DNA of 64,000 nucleotides, taken from NCBI RefSeq assembly GCF_006345805.1, contig NC_043005.1, forward strand, positions 83,886,001 through 83,950,000, given 5' to 3'. The position numbers and the translations under genes are program-made. The notes below the pieces were generated by a model. The model had not been told where the DNA came from and ran no database searches. It saw only the letters and a list, made by a program, of their open reading frames with translations. Source of the DNA: Octopus sinensis. Taxonomy: Eukaryota. This document shows, one piece after another, positions 40,110-54,521 of this stretch. Positions within the stretch are counted from its first letter, which is position 1. Each line of letters opens with the position of its first letter.

Positions 40110-41235
40110 CTTATTAAGGGTTTCTAGGACTTTAGTCTTTGCTAAATCAACTCTGAGGCCCTTGATTCCAAACCTTGCTTCCACACCTGAAATTTCTTCT
40201 CTAGTTCTTGTAGTGATTCAGCAATAGGTTCAAAGTCATCAGCATAGAGGAGCTTTCATGAGCAACACATCTGAAATTCTTCTGTTATGGCCAGAAGGAC
40301 TATGATGAACAAGAGGGGGCTGAGAATCGATCCTTTGTGTACACTCCTACATGTACATTGAATTCACTGTTATACTCATTGCCAACCTTCACCTTACAAT
40401 CAGCATCTCTCTACCTGGTTTCTACAGCTCTCACCAATCACTCATTTATCTCTAGCCTTCTGCATTACTTATAAGTTAAGGGAGCAGGGGATCCCGTCAA
40501 AGGCTTTCTCCATGTCAATGAAAGTAAAGTACAGAGGTTTGTTCTTGAACAAATACTTCTCCTGAAGCAGCTTCACCAAGAAGATAGCATCAGTTGTGCA
40601 TCTTCCTGGCACAAAACTAAGCTGCATTACATGAAGTCTCCCCCTTTTTAATTTTTGACCTTCTCTGTAACATTCATTACCTGTTCCAGCGATTCGATAC
40701 CTTTGTAATTATCTCTCTCTAAAGTGTCAACTTTACATTTGAAGAGTTGACTATAATGTTGTTACACCAACCACTGGGTGTGTCACCTTCATGGACAACC
40801 TATCTAATTCCCTGTTCCACCACCATGTCACCTTATGTTTTGAGAGGACTTTGCACTAGCCACAAATTTGGTCAGTGGCCCACATTGCGTTGTCTCGTCA
40901 GAACCTCCACTTGTCCTCTATGTTAGTCATATATTACTAAAATCTTGTTTTCCTTGCCAAATGCTTCATTTAGAACATCTCTAAATCTCTGACTATTCAG
41001 AGGATCCTTAAGCTTCCAAATCTTTCTTTTCCAAACTGGTTTGCTTCTTGGCGTCTTTCTAGCCTGAACTCTGAAATCACTATTAACTAAGACATGTTGA
41101 AGTTTGCACTCTTCACCTGGGAAAGGTTTTGTATTTCTAAGCAACCAGCTTTCCTGCTTTGTGGTTAGAATGTAATCAATCTTGCTTTGTGTGGTTACCA
41201 CATTAATAAGTGAACAGGTGACAGGTTAGTTTCTT
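40110..41235 (-). mobile_element. RTE-like LINE fragment, copy 2
   Basis: duplicate of 24990-26100. Confidence 0.75.
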
Positions 41236-41333
41236 AAAGTCGTAATTGAAAATCATAAGGTTGTTTGCATTGTGCACACTCATATAAATGCACAAACAAA
41301 TAAATACATACACATATACATATGTGCACATGC

Positions 41334-41372
<39 letters not shown>

Positions 41373-41383
41373 TACATACACAT

Positions 41384-41416
<33 letters not shown>

Positions 41417-41422
41417 ATATAT

Positions 41423-42600
41423 GTGAATAAATGAAAGAATGGAGTCGAACGAAGATGTTAACAAAATTCCTTTAATAACAATGGTAGTGCTGATGGTAAC
41501 AACAATAACGGTATTGTTGTCGGTGGTATTACTGTTGTAGTACCATTAATATACTAATAATAATAGAAATAGTGTAGTTGTTAGCGCTAATAATGATAGT
41601 AACAACAATCATAACAATAAACTTCGTTTCGATCTCGGAGGACAACCCCAACAGAATAAAATTTTTGTCTAGTAATCTAAGATTAAGAATTCTATTTACC
41701 AGTGTAGAATTTCTTCCGGTACCGATGTCTTCTTCTATATAGGAGCGTCCACTTCCCAGTTATCCAAGAGAATTTCAAACCACTATTCAACATTCAGGGA
41801 TAGTAAAAAACGACATAGTACAGGGCTAAGTAAATTAGTTTGGCGTCTTAAAGACAACAATATAATTTTCAAGTTAGATTGGTTCATACTGTCTGTATCC
41901 TTTCCTTTTGATAAGGGCAGGAGATTTTGTAACATTTGTAACTCTGAACTCTTCCATATTCTTTTCTCTAAGGTTCCCCTAGTAAATACAATCATAGAAA
42001 AATCATACAAATGTAAACACTGGCAGAAACACACTTTCTACTCATATAAATGATAACGATAGTCACTGTGGTTTGAACAATTAGCTTTACGCCCACCCCA
42101 CTTCTATAGAGAAATTCTTTCCTAAGCCTTCGAACATTCTTCCCTTTCCACTTATTCCCTACCTATTATTCCTTTATCCCTTCCTTTCTACTATCTATCT
42201 TTGACGTCAATTCTTCTAACAGTTTTTTTTAAAAAAACACTCATTATCGCTTTGTTTACCATGTAGGCAATTATCGAAATTTTTGTTTGTCTTGTTGTCG
42301 AGAGAGGCTCCCTTTCTTTCCTGATGAGAAGATTGCATAATGCACCCTTTATTCCTTTGGAATGAAAACATGCTGTCTTCGAAACATATGTCGAGAGTAA
42401 AGGAATTTTGTAAACATCTTCGTTCGACTCCATTCTTTCATTTATTCATATACAACACACAAATTTCTGCACATGAACCCGGAGTTTCTACCCTTGACAA
42501 GTCGCTTCAACCGTGTTTCTGACGTGAATTTGCTACCTAGGTTTCGGTTAAACGAATTTTCCATGCTGACGATAAACATAGGATAATTGATTCACCTACT
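41423..42600 (+). mobile_element. IR-flanked GIY-YIG fragment, copy 2
   Basis: duplicate of 26330-27535. Confidence 0.7.
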
Positions 42601-42603
42601 TAA

Positions 42604-42649
<46 letters not shown>

Positions 42650-42914
42650 CTATTTCTTATGCAACTCATTGACCTCGAGCTCCACTGGGTGTATCACCTG
42701 GTTTGTTACGGTTGAAATGGCATTAATGTTATTTTTTTTATATCGAGTTACTCAAATGGAATTTTTTTAAATGTAAAAAAACGAAGAGCAATAAGCACCT
42801 CCGCTACAAATACTGTACACGTTGTGTTCAAAATAGTGAAGTTATGAAAAATTACTTCAATTCGTTGGAATTATTGAACACCAACAGCATTTATTTCCCT
42901 GGCAATACTTTTTA

Positions 42915-42948
<34 letters not shown>

Positions 42949-43327
42949 ACATCATTTTCATCATCATCATCATCATCCTTTAATGTCCATGTCCCATGCT
43001 CACATTTGGTATTCAAAGGATAGGAACATTATGTATGATTTAATGGAGTCCTTTATTAGTTACGCACCATCGTAAAATACTGGTAGTTTTAAACGTGATC
43101 TTTGTCTTGAGGTAATATATAATTACTTTTAAATAAATATCATTGAAATAGAAAGGTAATTTTACAATGAAATGTTCTCACAAATATAGAAGAGCATTTA
43201 AATACTTCAATTCTAAATAACTCATTAATTGTAATTGCTTTCCAGATAATGATACGCATATTTTTTTCTAATAATGTTAAGCATATTTTATAGATAGGTA
43301 ACTAATTGTTGTGACGTAGGATTTTTA

Positions 43328-44556
43328 TGATGGGGTGCTGAAAATTTCTTGGCTTTGGGTAAAAGAAAATACATAAGAATCAGTTAATTGTGATGTTATT
43401 CAACATATTTCCTCCTCACATTCACACACATATTGCAGCGGTCCTTCATTTTTTTAAACCCTGTAAAAAGAAATCGAAATGTTGGGCCTCCAACCAAGCG
43501 TCTGTAGCAGCGATCACATCCGAATTGGAGTGAAATTTTCTTCCCTTGTGAACATTCTTCAGTTGGTGAAGAAGGTGGTAGTCGGAGAGGGTCAATCCAG
43601 GAGAGCAAGGAGAATGGACTACCTATTCGAAACCAAAGTCGCATGTTTTCTGTAGTTTCATGTGTTGTATGTGCTGGTGCATTGTCCTGCAAGAACAGGA
43701 TATTACGGCTCAGCTTTCCACGGTGTTTCTGTTTCAAATCTTCATGTAGTTCGTCCAACAGAGACATGTAGTATTCTGCATTGATAGATGACCCTATGGT
43801 TGGTATCTTATGAGTAGTATTCCGTCTTTGTCCCAGAACACTGAGACCATAATCTTTCCAGCTGACCTCTGGCTCCGAAACTTCTCGGAACGCAGTGAAC
43901 TTATGTGGCACCAGTCCATTGATTGCTGCGTGGATTGGAGATCATAATGACTAAACGAGCCATAAAATTAGCCTCTCTCGCTGCAAACCGGTCCAATATC
44001 GCTTTTGATGTTGCCACTCTGATGTGCTTCTGATCTGCGGTCAGGAATTTCGGCAACCATTTCGCATAAGCTTCCTCATGTCCAGAATGTTGTGGATGAT
44101 GTGGCCAACACTTTAGCGTGAAATCCCCAGGGTTTCAGCAATCTGGCGGTCCTCGAGAATCATGACGTGTACAGCGTCGGCTTTGTCCTCCTCTGTGGCC
44201 TCGGAAGGTGGTCATCCTGATCGGAGTTCATCTGCAACCTCGAAACGATCAGCCTGAAAGCTTGACACCCAGATTTACATTGTGGAGTAAGATAAGCAGC
44301 CATCCTTCAAGATTTCTTTCCTCTTGCCATGGATTTCCACTGCTCCTTTGCCTTGCAGAAACAGGAACTTCATAACCACCCGAGCTACACTTTTACCAAA
44401 ATCTACCGTAGAACCTGTCACCATGAATTAAATGTGCAAAAAAGAGAAAGATATATTGTATACCATCGAAGTGTTCTGCATAACTTCCCCTAAATAGCTG
44501 TCGTACTTCCCCTGTGAAGTTAAGGGCTCTATACTTTCACTTTCAGAACTCCCTCC
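43328..44556 (-). mobile_element. mariner transposon, copy 3
   Basis: same motifs; both TIRs recognisable. Confidence 0.88.
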
Positions 44557-45323
44557 TATACACATACATACACACACGTGTATGTCTTTATCTAGGTGTG
44601 TTGTGTGTATGTGTCTTTGTCCTCCAGCAATGCTTGAAAACAGGTGTGGGTGTCTTCATGTCGCTGTAACTTAGCAGTTCAGCTAAAGAAATCAAAATAA
44701 AAGGTACCAGGCATAAAAATATAAAATAAAAAGATAGATAGAAACAAAGCATATATAAATAAATATATGCGTACACATGCACACATATTATGTATGTAGG
44801 TAGGGTAAATTGCAACTGTTTCCTCTTGAATCGCAGCTGCTTATTCCATTATTACAATTAAGTGTGTAGTTAGTGTTGTTGTTGTTGTTGTATTGTTTGC
44901 AGAGTTGCATTATAACAAACCAGGAAGTTGAAACAGTTTTAGGTATTATTTATTCCCCATTACACATGTTTCGTTTGTCAATAGGAATTGCAAAGTTTTA
45001 CGTGTTAGTTAAGCATATCAGAGACTTTCTATTAAAAATTCTTCAGACAGAAAAGTGAATTATACAAAACTTACATTTGGCTGAAGTGTTTAAATAGATT
45101 TAATAAACAGGAGTTTTATAGGAAGTTGGGATGAGGGGAAGGGAGAGCAAATTAAAAAGTAAAGAAAAGGGAAGAGAGAGTCACACACACATACACACAA
45201 GGAACAATGTCATCTTTGATGAAAACTCATTCACTCTATTTTATAAATTTGGGTTAAGTTTATATCTGGAGACAGCACAAAGAAGCCTTTAAAACTGACT
45301 GTTTAACCTCAACTGTGAAGAAT

Positions 45324-47184
45324 GGCACTATTTGCAGTATTACTACAGGCATGCGAAATGTGTGATCCGGCCACTCTATGGCTCAAATATAGAGACAACC
45401 TGGCTGCAGACTTTCAGCGCCAAGCTCAACTGCTCTATCCTGACATGGAGGGTATCAGCAATGAAATCTATAACAAAACACTCATTGACATTGAAGACAG
45501 AATTGCTAAACTGGGTGGAAATGAATTGTCGACGTATGGCCTGCCACAAGCATTCAGGTCAGGATCAAATAGCCTTCCCACTGATGTCATTTGTGAAACA
45601 ACCTCCGACACTCAAGCGCTTTCAAAGTACATTGTTGAAAATGAGCCTAAATTACTTCCGGACCAGCTGTAGGCTTACAGAACTATTCTTAACAGTGAAC
45701 GCCAACGCGAGGTGCGAATCTTCTTCCTCGATGCTCCTGGAGGGACAGGAAAAACCTTTATTACAAAGATTCTCGTTGCAGAAGTTAGGCGGCTTCAGGA
45801 CATTGCAGTAGCTGTAGCCTCCTCTGGTATTGCAGCTACTTTGTTACCCGGTGGCAGGACAGCACACTCAACTTTTAAACTCCCTCTCAATTTAGCAGCA
45901 TCCGAAATGCCTTCATGCAACATCAACAAAAGCTCAGATCAGGGACAAGTACTTAAAATGTGTCATCTAATTGTCTGGGACGAGTGCACTATGGCTCACA
46001 AGGGAGCTTTGGAAGCATTAGATAGAGCCCTGAAAGACATCCGAGACTGTCAGGCTTCAATGGGAGGTGTAACGCTTCTGTTGTCAGGTGATTTCAGACA
46101 AACTCTTCCTGTCATTCCGAAAGGCACTAGAGCAGATGAAGTCCAAGCATGCCTAAGGTCCTCTACCCTGTGGCATCATGTTACAATCCTCAGTCTCACC
46201 ACTAGCATGAGAGCTCAGCTACACGGCAACAAAATGTCCACAAAGTTTGCACAGGACATTTTGACACTTGGTGAAGGCAAGATGCCTCTCGATGCTGCAG
46301 GACAAACGGAAGTGTGGTCATTTCCCTATGTTGTTAATTCTGTAGATGACTTCAAAAACAAAGTCTTTCCCAACATCACACAAAACTACCAAAATCACAA
46401 TTGGCTGTGTGAAAGAGCAATATTAGCTCCAAAAAACGTTGCTGTTAACAAAATTAATCAACAGCTAATGCATTCTCTTCCCGGCACTATACACACTTAC
46501 AAGTCTGTTGATACAATTCCAGATATAAATGAAGTTGTGAACTATCCTCCTGAATTTATCAATTCACAGGAGCCTCCTGGACTACCTCCACACATATTAG
46601 CACTTAAAGTTGGAACTCCTGTAATGTTACTCCGCAATCTGGAACCACCAAGACTTTGCAATGGAACACGACTGGTGATAAAGAAAATGATGTCACACGT
46701 TATCGAGGCAATCATTCTTTCTGGATGTGGAAAAGGTGATGATGTCTTTATTCCAAGATTTCCTCTTACTCCATCAGGAGCAGAAATTCCATTTACATTC
46801 TGAAGACTGCAATTCCCCCTTCGTGTCAGCTTTGCCATGTCCATTAACAAATCTCAGGGTCAAACCCTCTCTGTAGCTGGTCTTCTCTTGGAAGAGCCCT
46901 GCTTCTCGCATGGGCAACTGTATGTTGGCTGGTCAAGAGTAGGAACCAAAAGAAACCTTTTTGTATATGCTCCACAAGGAAAAACAAGGAACATTGTTTA
47001 CAACGAGGTGTTATAATCTCAACAGCCAGGAGGTATATACATGATCCCCTTTTTTTAACAAACTTCATGTACTTTCATGTATTTATATTAATGTACATGT
47101 GTGTGTGTGTATCCATGTATATATAACAGAAAAGTCTAATTCTTCAATTGAATGTAACCGCGCAACGCCGGGTATCTCTGCTAG
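45324..47184 (+). mobile_element. Helitron, copy 3 (complete PIF1-like helicase region with stops; 3' terminus)
   Basis: DAPGGTGKT, MLLRNL..LCNGTRL, QFPLRVSFAMSINKSQGQTL, HGQLYV; hairpin + CTAG|T. Confidence 0.92.
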
Positions 47185-47222
<38 letters not shown>

Positions 47223-48304
47223 ATATGTATGTATGTGTGTGTGTATACATACACTCACCTGTGTATGTTTATGCGTTTGAATAGATTCAAACAAAATTAA
47301 ATGGTATTTTCTGGCTGAATTAAATCCTGTTTATACATGCAAGACTGAGAACAGGGAGTAATGATTGTAAAATGAAAGCAGAAGAACAACATACTGGCAG
47401 TAAGAAGTGGCAGCACTATGAAATTGACAAATGTTTCATTAACTTGTAGTGCCAAGATCAATTCCAGGTGTCGTTCTAGCTTGGCAAAGGTTGGCCTCAG
47501 TTCAGCTGATTTATTCTACATATACAACACAGGAAGAGCAAGTTTCCTCTGTTGGTCGTCTACAACCCGTGATGCTGTGGCTGTTGACTGTTTATTATAG
47601 AGAGTAGCCCTAAAGATGGCAACGGAAGAAGGAAGACCTTTCGTTGGAGAAGGATAGGGATGTATGGTGTGACTTAACAGATAAAAAGGTGACACTGAGA
47701 TTTTTAAATGATAAGGGCTGCAAATGGCTGCCTTAAAAAGGTAAAAAGGCTGTACAGGGCCTCTTTAAGAGGTAAAGGCTGCATAGGACTGTTCAACCAG
47801 TAACTTTAATAACATCCTTAGAAGGTAAGCTATGGCCCTTGACAGGGAAGTATAAAGCACTGAACTAGATTCTATAAAAGACTTAACAGGATTCACAATC
47901 CACTGTTGCTTCTTAAGTGAAATTATAATCGTAATTCTTCGGTGAAAAATTAAATATAAATTGATATTTATGAATTTAGGTTTATTTTCACTTGTTTCAA
48001 AGAAAGTTTTTAAAGTATTTCAAAGAATTTTAAAAAATGAAATAAAATGAAATAAAAGCAAACAAGCAAGTAAGCATGCCATCTGGCAGATTAGAACCTG
48101 TCGACAGTTTGGTGTTAGAAAGAAAGCTCCAGCCTCCTTCCAAATATATGCTATCTTTGATGATATTCGGTCTGTTACAAGGGCAACCATTTCATTCCTG
48201 GCAACAAGGCATAAAAAAGCAAAACAACAAAACAAAAAGTAAAAAATAAGACAAAGCGGCAGTTGAGTTGAAATTTCCAAAATTCAAAACATCAGACCTT
48301 GCTT

Positions 48305-49430
48305 CTTATTAAGGTTTTTTAGGACTTTAGTCCTTGCTAAATCAACTCTAAGTCTCTTGATTCCAAACCTTGCTTCCACACCTGAAATTTCTTCTCTAGT
48401 TCTTGTAGTGATTCAGCAATAGGTTCAAAGTCATCAGCATAGAGGAGCTTTCACGAGTAACACATCTGAAATTCTTCTGTTATGGCCAGAAGGACTATGA
48501 TGAACAAGCGGGGCTGAGAATCGATCCTTTGTGTACACTCCTACATGTACATTGAATTCACTGTTATACTCATTGCCAACCTTCACCTTACAATCAGCAT
48601 CTCTCTACCTGGTTTCTACAGCTCTCACCAATCACTCATTTATCTCTAGCCTTCTGCATTACTTATAAGTTAAGGGAGCAGGGGAACCCGTCAAAGGCTT
48701 TCTCCATGTCAATGAAAGTAAAGTACAGAGGTTTGTTCTTGAACAAATACTTCTCCTGAAGCAGCTTCACCAAGAAGATAGCATCAGTTGTGCATCTTCC
48801 TGGCACAAAACTAAGCTGCATTACATGAAGTCTCCCCCTTTTTAATTTTTGACCTTCTCTGTAACATTCATTACCTGTTCCAGCGATTTGATACTTTTGT
48901 AATTATCTCTGTCTAAAGTGTCAACTTTACATTTGAAGAGATGACTATAATGTTGTTACACCAACCACTGGGTGTGTCACCTTCATGGACAACCTATCTA
49001 ATTCCCTCTTACACCACCGTGTCACCTTATGTTTTGAGAGGACTTTGCACCAGCCACAAATTTGGTCAGTGGCCCCCATTGCGTAGTCTCGTCAGAACCT
49101 CCACTTGTCCTCTATGTTAGTCATATATTACTATCTTCTCCTCTTCCATGCCAAATGCTTCATTTAGAACATCTCTAAATCTCTGACTATTCAGAGGATC
49201 CTTAAGCTTCCAAATCTTTCTTTTCCAAACTGGTTTGCTTCTTGGCGTCTTTTTAGCCTGATCCCTGAAATCACTATTAACTAACACATGATGAAGTTTG
49301 CACTCTTCACCTGGGAAAGGTTTTGTATTTATAAGCAATCAGCTTTCCTGCTTTGTGGTTAGAATGTAGTCAATCTTGCTTTGTGTGGTTACCACATTAA
49401 TAAGTGAACAGGTGACAGGTTAGTTTCTTA
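48305..49430 (-). mobile_element. RTE-like LINE fragment, copy 3
   Basis: duplicate of 24990-26100. Confidence 0.75.
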
Positions 49431-49575
49431 AAGTCGTAATTGAATATCATAAGGTTGTTTGCATTGTGCACACTCATTTAAATGCACAAACAAATAAATA
49501 CATACACATATACATATGTGCACATGCATGTATATATATATATATATATACATATATACATATACATATACATAC

Positions 49576-49621
<46 letters not shown>

Positions 49622-49625
<4 letters not shown>

Positions 49626-50804
49626 AATAAATGAAAGAATGGAGTCGAACGAAGATGTTAACAAAATTCCTTTAATAACAATGGTAGTGTTGATGGTAAC
49701 AACAATAACGGTATTGTTGTCGGTGGTATTACTGGTTGTAGTACCATTAATAATACTAATAATAATAGAAATAGTGTAGTTGTTAGCGCTAATAATAATA
49801 GTAACAACAATCATAATAAAAACTTCGTTTCGATCTCGGAGGACAACCCCAACAGAATCAAATTTTCGTCTAGTAATTCTAAGATTAAGAATTCTATTTC
49901 CCAGTGTAGAATTTCTTCCAGTACCGATGTCTTCTTCTATATAGGAGCGTCCACTTCCCAGTTATCAAAGAGAATTTCAAACCACTATTCAACATTCAGG
50001 GATAGTAAAAAACGACATAGTACAGGGCTAAGTAAATTAGTTTGGCGTCTTAAAGACAACAATATAATTTTCAAGTTATATTGGTTCATACTGTCTGTAT
50101 CCTTTCCTTTTGATAAGGGCAGGAGATTTTGTAACATTTGTAACTCTGAACTCTTCCATATTCTCTATATTCTCCCTAGGTTCCCCTATAAATACAATCA
50201 TAGAAAAATCATACAAATGTAAACACTGGCAGAAACACACTTTCTACTCATATAAATGATAACGATAGTCACTGTGGTTTGAACAATTAGCTTTACGTCC
50301 ACCCCACTTCTATAAAGAAATTCTTTCCTAAGCCTTCGAACATTCTTCCCTCTCCACTTATTCCCTACCTATTATTCCTTTATCTCTTCTCTTCCTACTA
50401 TCTATCTTTGACGTCAATTCTTCTAACAGTTTTTTTAAAAAAACCTCATTATCGCTTTGTTTACCATGTAGGCAATCATCGAAATTTTTGTTTGTCTTGT
50501 TGTTCGAGAGGGTCCCTTTCTTTCCTGATGAGAAGATTGCATAATGCACCATTTATTCCTTTGGAATGAAAACATGCTGTCTTCGAAACATATGTCGAGA
50601 GTAAAGGAATTTTGTTAACATCTTCGTTCGACTCCATTCTTTCATTTATTCATATAGAACACACACATTTCTGCACATGAACCCGGAGTTTCTACCCTTG
50701 ACAGGTCGCTTCAACCGTGTTTCTGACGTGAATTTGCTACCCAGGTTTCGGTTAAACAAATTTTCCATGCTGACGATAAACATAGGATAATTGATTCACC
50801 TACT

Positions 50805-50805
<1 letters not shown>
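49622..50805 (+). mobile_element. IR-flanked GIY-YIG fragment, copy 3
   Basis: duplicate of 26330-27535. Confidence 0.7.
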
Positions 50806-50860
<55 letters not shown>

Positions 50861-50861
50861 C

Positions 50862-50930
<69 letters not shown>

Positions 50931-51277
50931 CTATTTCTTATGCAACTCATTGACCTCCTGCACCACTAGGTGTGTATTACCTGGTTTGTTACGGTTGAAA
51001 TAGCATTGATGTTATTCCTTTTATATCGAGTTACTCAAATGGAATTTTTTTTAATGTAAAAACAACGAAGAGCAATAAATCACATCCGCTACCAATACTG
51101 TACACGTTGTGTTCAAAATAGTGAAGTTATGAAAAATTACTTCGATTCTCGTTGGAATTATTGAACACCAACAGCATTTATTTCCCTGGCAATACTCTTT
51201 ATTCATCATCATCATCATCATCAACATCATTTTCATCATCATCATCATCCTTTAATGTCCATGTCCCATGCTCACAT

Positions 51278-52053
51278 TTGGTATTCAAAGGATAGGAACA
51301 TTAAGTATGATTTAATGGAGTCCTTTATTAGTTACGCACCATCGTACAATACTGGTAGTTTTAAACGTGATCTTTGCCTTGAGGTATTATATAATTACTT
51401 TTAAATAAATATCATTGAATTATAAAGGTAATTTTACAATGAAATGTTCTCACAAATATAGAAAAGCATTTAAATACTTCCATTCTAAATAACTCATTAA
51501 TTGTAATTGCTTTTCACATAATATGATACGCATATTTTTTTCTAATAATGTTAAGCATATTTTATAGATAGGTAACTAATTGTTGTGACGTAGGATTTTT
51601 ATGAGGGGTACTGAAAAGTTCTTGGCTCTGGGTAAATGAAAACACATAAGAATCAGTTAATTGTGATGTTATTCAACATATTCCTCCCTCACATTCACAC
51701 ACATATTGCAGCGGTCCTTAATTTTTTTAAACCCTGTAAAAAGAAATCGAAATGTTGGGCCTCCAACCAAGCGTTTGTAGCAGTGATCACATCCGAATTG
51801 GAGTGAAATTTTCTTCCCTTGAGGACATTCTTCAGTTGGGGAAGAAGGTGGTAGTCGGAGGGGGCCAAGCCAGGAGAGCAAGGAGAATGGACTACCTATT
51901 CGAAACCAAAGTCGCATGTTTTCTGTAGTTTCATGTGTTGTGTGTGCTGGTGCATTGTCCTGCAAAAGCAGGATATTGCGGCTCAGCTTTCCACGGTGTT
52001 TCTGTTTCAAATTTTCCTGTAGTTCGTCCAACAGAGACATGTAGTATTCTGCA
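51278..52053 (+). repeat. tandem segmental duplication, copy 4 (truncated inside the mariner)
   Basis: homology ends after GTAGTATTCTGCA. Confidence 0.88.
51602..52053 (-). mobile_element. mariner transposon, copy 4 (3' part only)
   Basis: LQDNAPAHT motif and one TIR. Confidence 0.85.
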
Positions 52054-52149
52054 GTAGATTTGAAAAATTAGAATGTATAAATATTTTTTATATTCCATCC
52101 CGTAAAGATTGTCATGAACCTTCAAAATGAACATTGCTGCATCTCTTCT

Positions 52150-52840
52150 GAAACTACTGCAAAACTTGTTTTAGCTGCTCTGCATCAATTTTATTTAGTA
52201 CTCGTACACCTGCACTACGAATCTTCTTCCAGACCCTGAACTTGAAATTGCCCCTAACCATTTTGTGACCAGTATCACAATCAGCACCTCGCAATACTCT
52301 GAGACTGCACAATTCTTGTAAGTCAGCTTTCCGAGTTAATACAAAATCAGTCATGTGACCTTGCTTTGACCTTGGTAACTTTATGTTTCATCTTATGATG
52401 AACGAAAGTATTACCAATAATGAAACCTAGCTCAGAGCACATTTGTAGCAGATGCAACCCGTTTTTGTCCACCTTTCCTATTCCATAACGCCCAAATACA
52501 TTGCAAGCACCATAGTCTCTACCAAGACGTGCAATAAAAATCACCAAGTTCAACCAACTTCTCATTCAAAGGGACTGACAGAATACTTCTTCTAAGCTCC
52601 TCATAAAATGCATGGATATTTTCCTCCCTAGTTGAAAGTGTAGGAGCACAAATAGAGAAAGCAGTTACAAAACGTCCACAAGAAAGAGGGAACCGGAGTT
52701 TCATTACGCTTTGTGGTTGTTTTAGGTCTTTGAACAAATCACTTCTAATTGCAAACCCAACACCACCTTCCCTTTTCTCTCCCTTCGGCTTCGCAACCCA
52801 GAATAATGTGAAACCCGCAGCTCTTTCAACAGGATGAATA
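52150..52840 (-). mobile_element. LINE (RTE-like) AP-endonuclease fragment
   Basis: FTLFW...REGGVGFAI, ICAPTL, LGDF, NGLHLLQMC..IGNTF, DFVL..RGADCDTGHKMV. Confidence 0.8.
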
Positions 52841-54106
52841 ATGATCCGCAATGCATCAATCTCATCAGGGAGGATATAAACAGCAGCGCTCATCACATAG
52901 ACATTTCAACAGATATAAGAAATCACACAAAATGTGACATATATGTATATATACATACCCGCACACACACACACATGTATATGTATATATATATATATCT
53001 ATACATACACACACGCACACACACATATATATATATATATATGTATATAGGAAATACAAGGAGGAAATGGAGTGTGGTATTACGTGACGTACCCAAAGAA
53101 TGTAGAAACAGAGAAGAAGATAGTCAAATTTAATCAAATAGTAAGAGTGAAAGTATCATCCTACATATACGCAGAGGATATGAAGGCGATAGTGATGGAA
53201 AAGGAAAATGACAAGAACTGGAAGAAATGTGTGGAGATAGTATTGACCCACAGGAGTGGATCTAATAGAAATTGAACCATTGATGAGTACTATTAAAAAG
53301 AAAATACGTATGTTAAATTGAGAGAAAAAACGAAAAGAAAAAAGAAAAAGGGTAAAAAAGGTAAAGAAAAAGAAAGAGTAAAGTGTTTTATGTTATGTTT
53401 AAAAAAAGTAGTGAAAAATCGAAGACCAATTGTAGATAATGTATATAACGGTTCAAATGGGAGTGGGGCCCATGCGACCATTTTCGTTTTTCATTTTTAT
53501 ATAATTTCACCTCATTTACATTCGTTTATGTTTTTTGTCCCCACTGTGGTCTTGTCTGTCCTTGTGGTGTCCCGTCTGTGTTTGGGGCTTTATACCTAAT
53601 AAAGAAATCCACCAATTGAATTGTCACCATGTAGTGCCTTGGGCGTTGATATTATGTTTACGTGTTTATGCTGAAATAATTATTGACTTGTTATTCGAAT
53701 TGTTGCCATTGTTGTTCAAATTGGTCTTGTCTGTCCTTGTGGTGTCCCCTCTGTGTTTGGGGCTTTATGCCTAATAAAGAAATTTGTCACCATGTAGTGC
53801 CTTACTGGATTTTACCTGGAGAAAGGAACCCTGAGGAAGGAAACGTTTTTACAGAGTGAGGTGAATTTGGACTATTTCCTACAAGCCGTTAAAACTTTTG
53901 TGAAACGGGTGCAGGCTTGGACTAATACTTTCAATCGTTTGTCTTAATTTATTTTCTAGCTTCATAATACCCGTTATGTATTTTAGGTTTTTATGTTTAT
54001 CTTGTTATATTCCTTATTTATGTTATATTTCTATATTGTTATCCTGAAACTCCTAAATATATATTGTGGATATTGGAATTCTGAACTTGCTTGCGTGAAT
54101 GTTTTA

Positions 54107-54521
54107 CTCTCTTTACTCTTTTACTATTTTACTTGTTTCAGTCATTTGACTGTGGCCATGCTGGAACAACGCCTTTAGCCAAGCAAATCGACCCCAGGAC
54201 TTATTCTATGTAAGCCTAGTACTTATTTTATCGGTCTCTTTGCTGAACCGCTAATTTACGGGGATGTAAACACACCAGCATCGGTTGTCAAGCGATGTTG
54301 TGGGGACAAACACAGGCACACAAACATACACATACATATGTATATATGCATATATACGACAGGCTTCTTTCAGTTTCCGTCTACCAAATCCACTCACAAG
54401 GCTTTGGTCAGCCCGAGGCTATAGTAGAAGATACTTGCCCAAGGTGCCACGCAGTAGGACTGAACCCAGAACCATGTGGTTTGTAAGCAAGCTACTTACC
54501 ACACAGCCACTTCTACGCCTA
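54107..54521 (-). mobile_element. SINE family B
   Basis: tRNA-like head TGGCTGTGTGGTAAG...GGGTTCAGTCC and (AAGAGT)-type tail. Confidence 0.8.

Larger units (their letters stand above)
28070..43005 (+). repeat. tandem segmental duplication, copy 2 (~14.9 kb)
   Basis: collinear mariner, exons 5-7, Helitron, RTE fragment and GIY-YIG fragment. Confidence 0.92.
43006..51277 (+). repeat. tandem segmental duplication, copy 3 (~8.3 kb; ~7.1 kb internal deletion removes the exons)
   Basis: jumps at GGCA (45324-45327) from the equivalent of 30329 to the equivalent of 37443. Confidence 0.9.

Noticed and set aside
45712-46803. Host PIF1 helicase gene
   Set aside because: Intronless, contains stops, is linked to Rep HUH/Y2 motifs in sister copies and ends in a Helitron hairpin-CTAG
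53825-53920. Hammerhead-like shapes (CTGAGGA..GAAAC; CAAGCC..GAAAC..GGCTTG), and CCTGACGAG at ~22132-22141 (-)
   Set aside because: Core or stems too degraded to call from these copies
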